From Polyangiaceae bacterium (GTDB taxonomy: Bacteria; Myxococcota_A; Polyangia; Polyangiales; Polyangiaceae), in contig JANRKO010000020.1 in the NCBI GenBank assembly GCA_033763455.1, positions 41,311 to 105,310 on the forward strand: a stretch of 64,000 bases of DNA, in the 5' to 3' direction. Of the stretch, positions 62,487 through 64,000 are shown piece after piece. How positions within the stretch are numbered: the stretch's first letter is position 1; every line of letters starts with the position of its first letter. The notes under the pieces were generated by a model that was given only the letters and a program-made list of their open reading frames with translations, was not told where the DNA came from and made no database searches. Position numbers and translations under genes: made by a program.

Positions 62487-63509
62487 CTACTTCGCAGCAG
62501 CCATCTCAGGCGCTGAATTTGCCCCGCCGGTCACTGCGTGACTGGTGACGCCCACGTTCGGCGCTTGCGCCCGCAACCCGGCGCTTTCAATCAGCGAGCG
62601 GTCTTCATCTTCGGCCGGGTTACCTGTGGTTAACAGCTTATCTCCGTAAAAAATGCTATTCGCGCCCGCAAATAAGCACAAAAGCTGAGCTTCGCGGCTC
62701 AGATCGGAACGGCCCGCACTCAGCCGAACTTTGCTCCTCGGCATCAGGAGCCTTGCCGTAGCGATCATGCGCACTAGCTCTATCGGATCCAACGGCGGCA
62801 CAGCGGCCAAGGGCGTACCTTCAACACGCACTAGGGCATTTACCGGAACGCTTTCCGGCTGAGGGTCGAGAGCAGCCAGCTCAACCAGCAACGCGCACCG
62901 ATCGTCGATGGTTTCCCCCATGCCGATAATTCCCCCCGAGCACACGGTGATCCCTGCGGTGCGCACATTGCGAAGTGTTACCAAGCGGTCGTCAAACGTC
63001 CGCGTGCTAATGATCGACTTGTAGTGACGTCGCGACGTATCGAGGTTGTGGTTGTAGGCATCCAGCCCGGCAGCCTTGAGCCGCGCCGCTTGATCCGCGT
63101 TGAGCATGCCGAGAGTAACGCAAGCCTCCAGGCCCATTCCCTTAACCCCGCGCACCATCTCGAGCACGCGATCGAAGGCTGCTCCTTCTTTGACTTCTCG
63201 CCAGGCAGCGCCCATACAGAAGCGCGTTGCTCCCTGCTCTTTGGCGCGCGCTGCGGCACCAAGCACGGCGCCGACGTCGAGCATCTTCTCGGGAACAACG
63301 TCCGTATCGTACTTGGAGGACTGAGGGCAATACGAGCAATCCTCGGGGCACCCACCAGTTTTCACGCTAAGGAGGGTGCACAGCTGCACCTCATCCTTCG
63401 GGTGGAACTCCAAGTGCACAGCCCGCGCTCGATCGAGCAGCTCGAACAGCGGCAAATCGTAAAGGGCTCGCGCTTCGGCAACAGTCCAATCGTGGCGAAC
63501 ATCCGTCAT
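62487..63509 (-). CDS. bioB: Biotin synthase
   Basis: CPEDCSYC radical SAM motif, [24 protein letters not shown] before ATG 63509. Confidence 0.97.
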   Translation of the reverse strand: MTDVRHDWTVAEARALYDLPLFELLDRARAVHLEFHPKDEVQLCTLLSVKTGGCPEDCSYCPQSSKYDTDVVPEKMLDVGAVLGAAARAKEQGATRFCMGAAWREVKEGAAFDRVLEMVRGVKGMGLEACVTLGMLNADQAARLKAAGLDAYNHNLDTSRRHYKSIISTRTFDDRLVTLRNVRTAGITVCSGGIIGMGETIDDRCALLVELAALDPQPESVPVNALVRVEGTPLAAVPPLDPIELVRMIATARLLMPRSKVRLSAGRSDLSREAQLLCLFAGANSIFYGDKLLTTGNPAEDEDRSLIESAGLRAQAPNVGVTSHAVTGGANSAPEMAAAK

Positions 63510-63710
63510 CGCGGCTCCTTTACCTCGGCTTCGCCGTGAACGTCCACCAAAGCGCGCAAATCCGGCCCTATGAGGGCACCACACGAGACCCCCGACAAAA
63601 GAAAAAATCCGTGCACCCCCTCCCCGCTCCCTATTGCGCGCATGCCGGCCCCTGCGCTAAGAGGCCCCTCCCCAGGTGAAAGCCTGTGGAACGGCCCCAA
63701 AAAGGCCGTT

Positions 63711-63786
63711 GTCCGGGTAGCTCAGTCGGTAGAGCAGAGGATTGAAAATCCTCGTGTCGGCGGTTCAATTCCGTCCCTGGACACCA
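63711..63786 (+). tRNA. tRNA-Phe(GAA)
   Basis: GTCCGGGTAGCTCAGTCGGTAGAGCAGAGGATTGAAAATCCTCGTGTCGGCGGTTCAATTCCGTCCCTGGACACCA. Confidence 0.97.
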
Positions 63787-63803
63787 AAATTCCCGAGTGG
63801 ATC

Positions 63804-63918
63804 GGGTCTTCTCGCTCGATGGTGGGTGGGACCGGAAAGCTGATTAAGCACAAGCGTTTAGGGTCTTCTCGCTCGATGGTGGGTGGGACCGGAAAGCTGA
63901 TTAAGCACAAGCGTTTAG
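63804..63918. repeat. Perfect 57-bp tandem duplication downstream of tRNA-Phe
   Basis: GGGTCTTCTCGCTCGATGG...CACAAGCGTTTA at 63804 and 63861. Confidence 0.92.
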
Positions 63919-64000
63919 AAGTCTGAGGCGGTAGTTGGTGAAGCTCCTATAGCCGTAGGCACGGCGTTTGACGAGCTTGGCCTTGCAGTTGAAGCCTTCG

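Noticed and set aside
63804..63918. Possible CRISPR array
   Set aside because: Only two abutting copies, no spacers, and no cas genes in the window.

Overview
GC-rich bacterial chromosome segment, probably from a Myxococcota (Polyangia-like) organism. This assignment is inferred from Gly-rich lipoproteins and MYXO-CTERM-like tails. Positions 1-34 kb form a dense motility/chemosensory region. It holds a minus-strand che cluster (cheW-cheY-cheX / cheA-cheW-mcp-mcp-cheR-cheD-cheB) interrupted by a stand-alone tandem-MshEN gene, and a sigma54 activator divergent from a flagellin gene that has a perfect -24/-12 promoter. A plus-strand che cluster follows (cheX, MshEN-containing cheA, cheW, a 1357-aa soluble globin-GAF-3xPAS-2xGAF chemoreceptor, cheY, cheB, cheR, cheX). 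It runs directly into a GNAT acetyltransferase plus Zn-deacetylase pair, followed by two two-component modules. Positions 34-47.6 kb, between tRNA-Asp and tRNA-Val, are accessory genes: ald, a lipoprotein/beta-barrel/PPDK_N-lipoprotein cluster, a GH5 enzyme and an ECF sigma/anti-sigma pair. Positions 47.6-64 kb are mostly housekeeping: tig-clpP-clpX-lon, parAB, glnD, two matrixin paralogs, bioB and tRNA-Phe. The best candidate for an undescribed system is a heme/gas-sensing chemosensory pathway with c-di-GMP input (MshEN) and a dedicated acetylation writer/eraser pair, linked to flagellin. All calls come from motif recognition by eye; no database searches were run.
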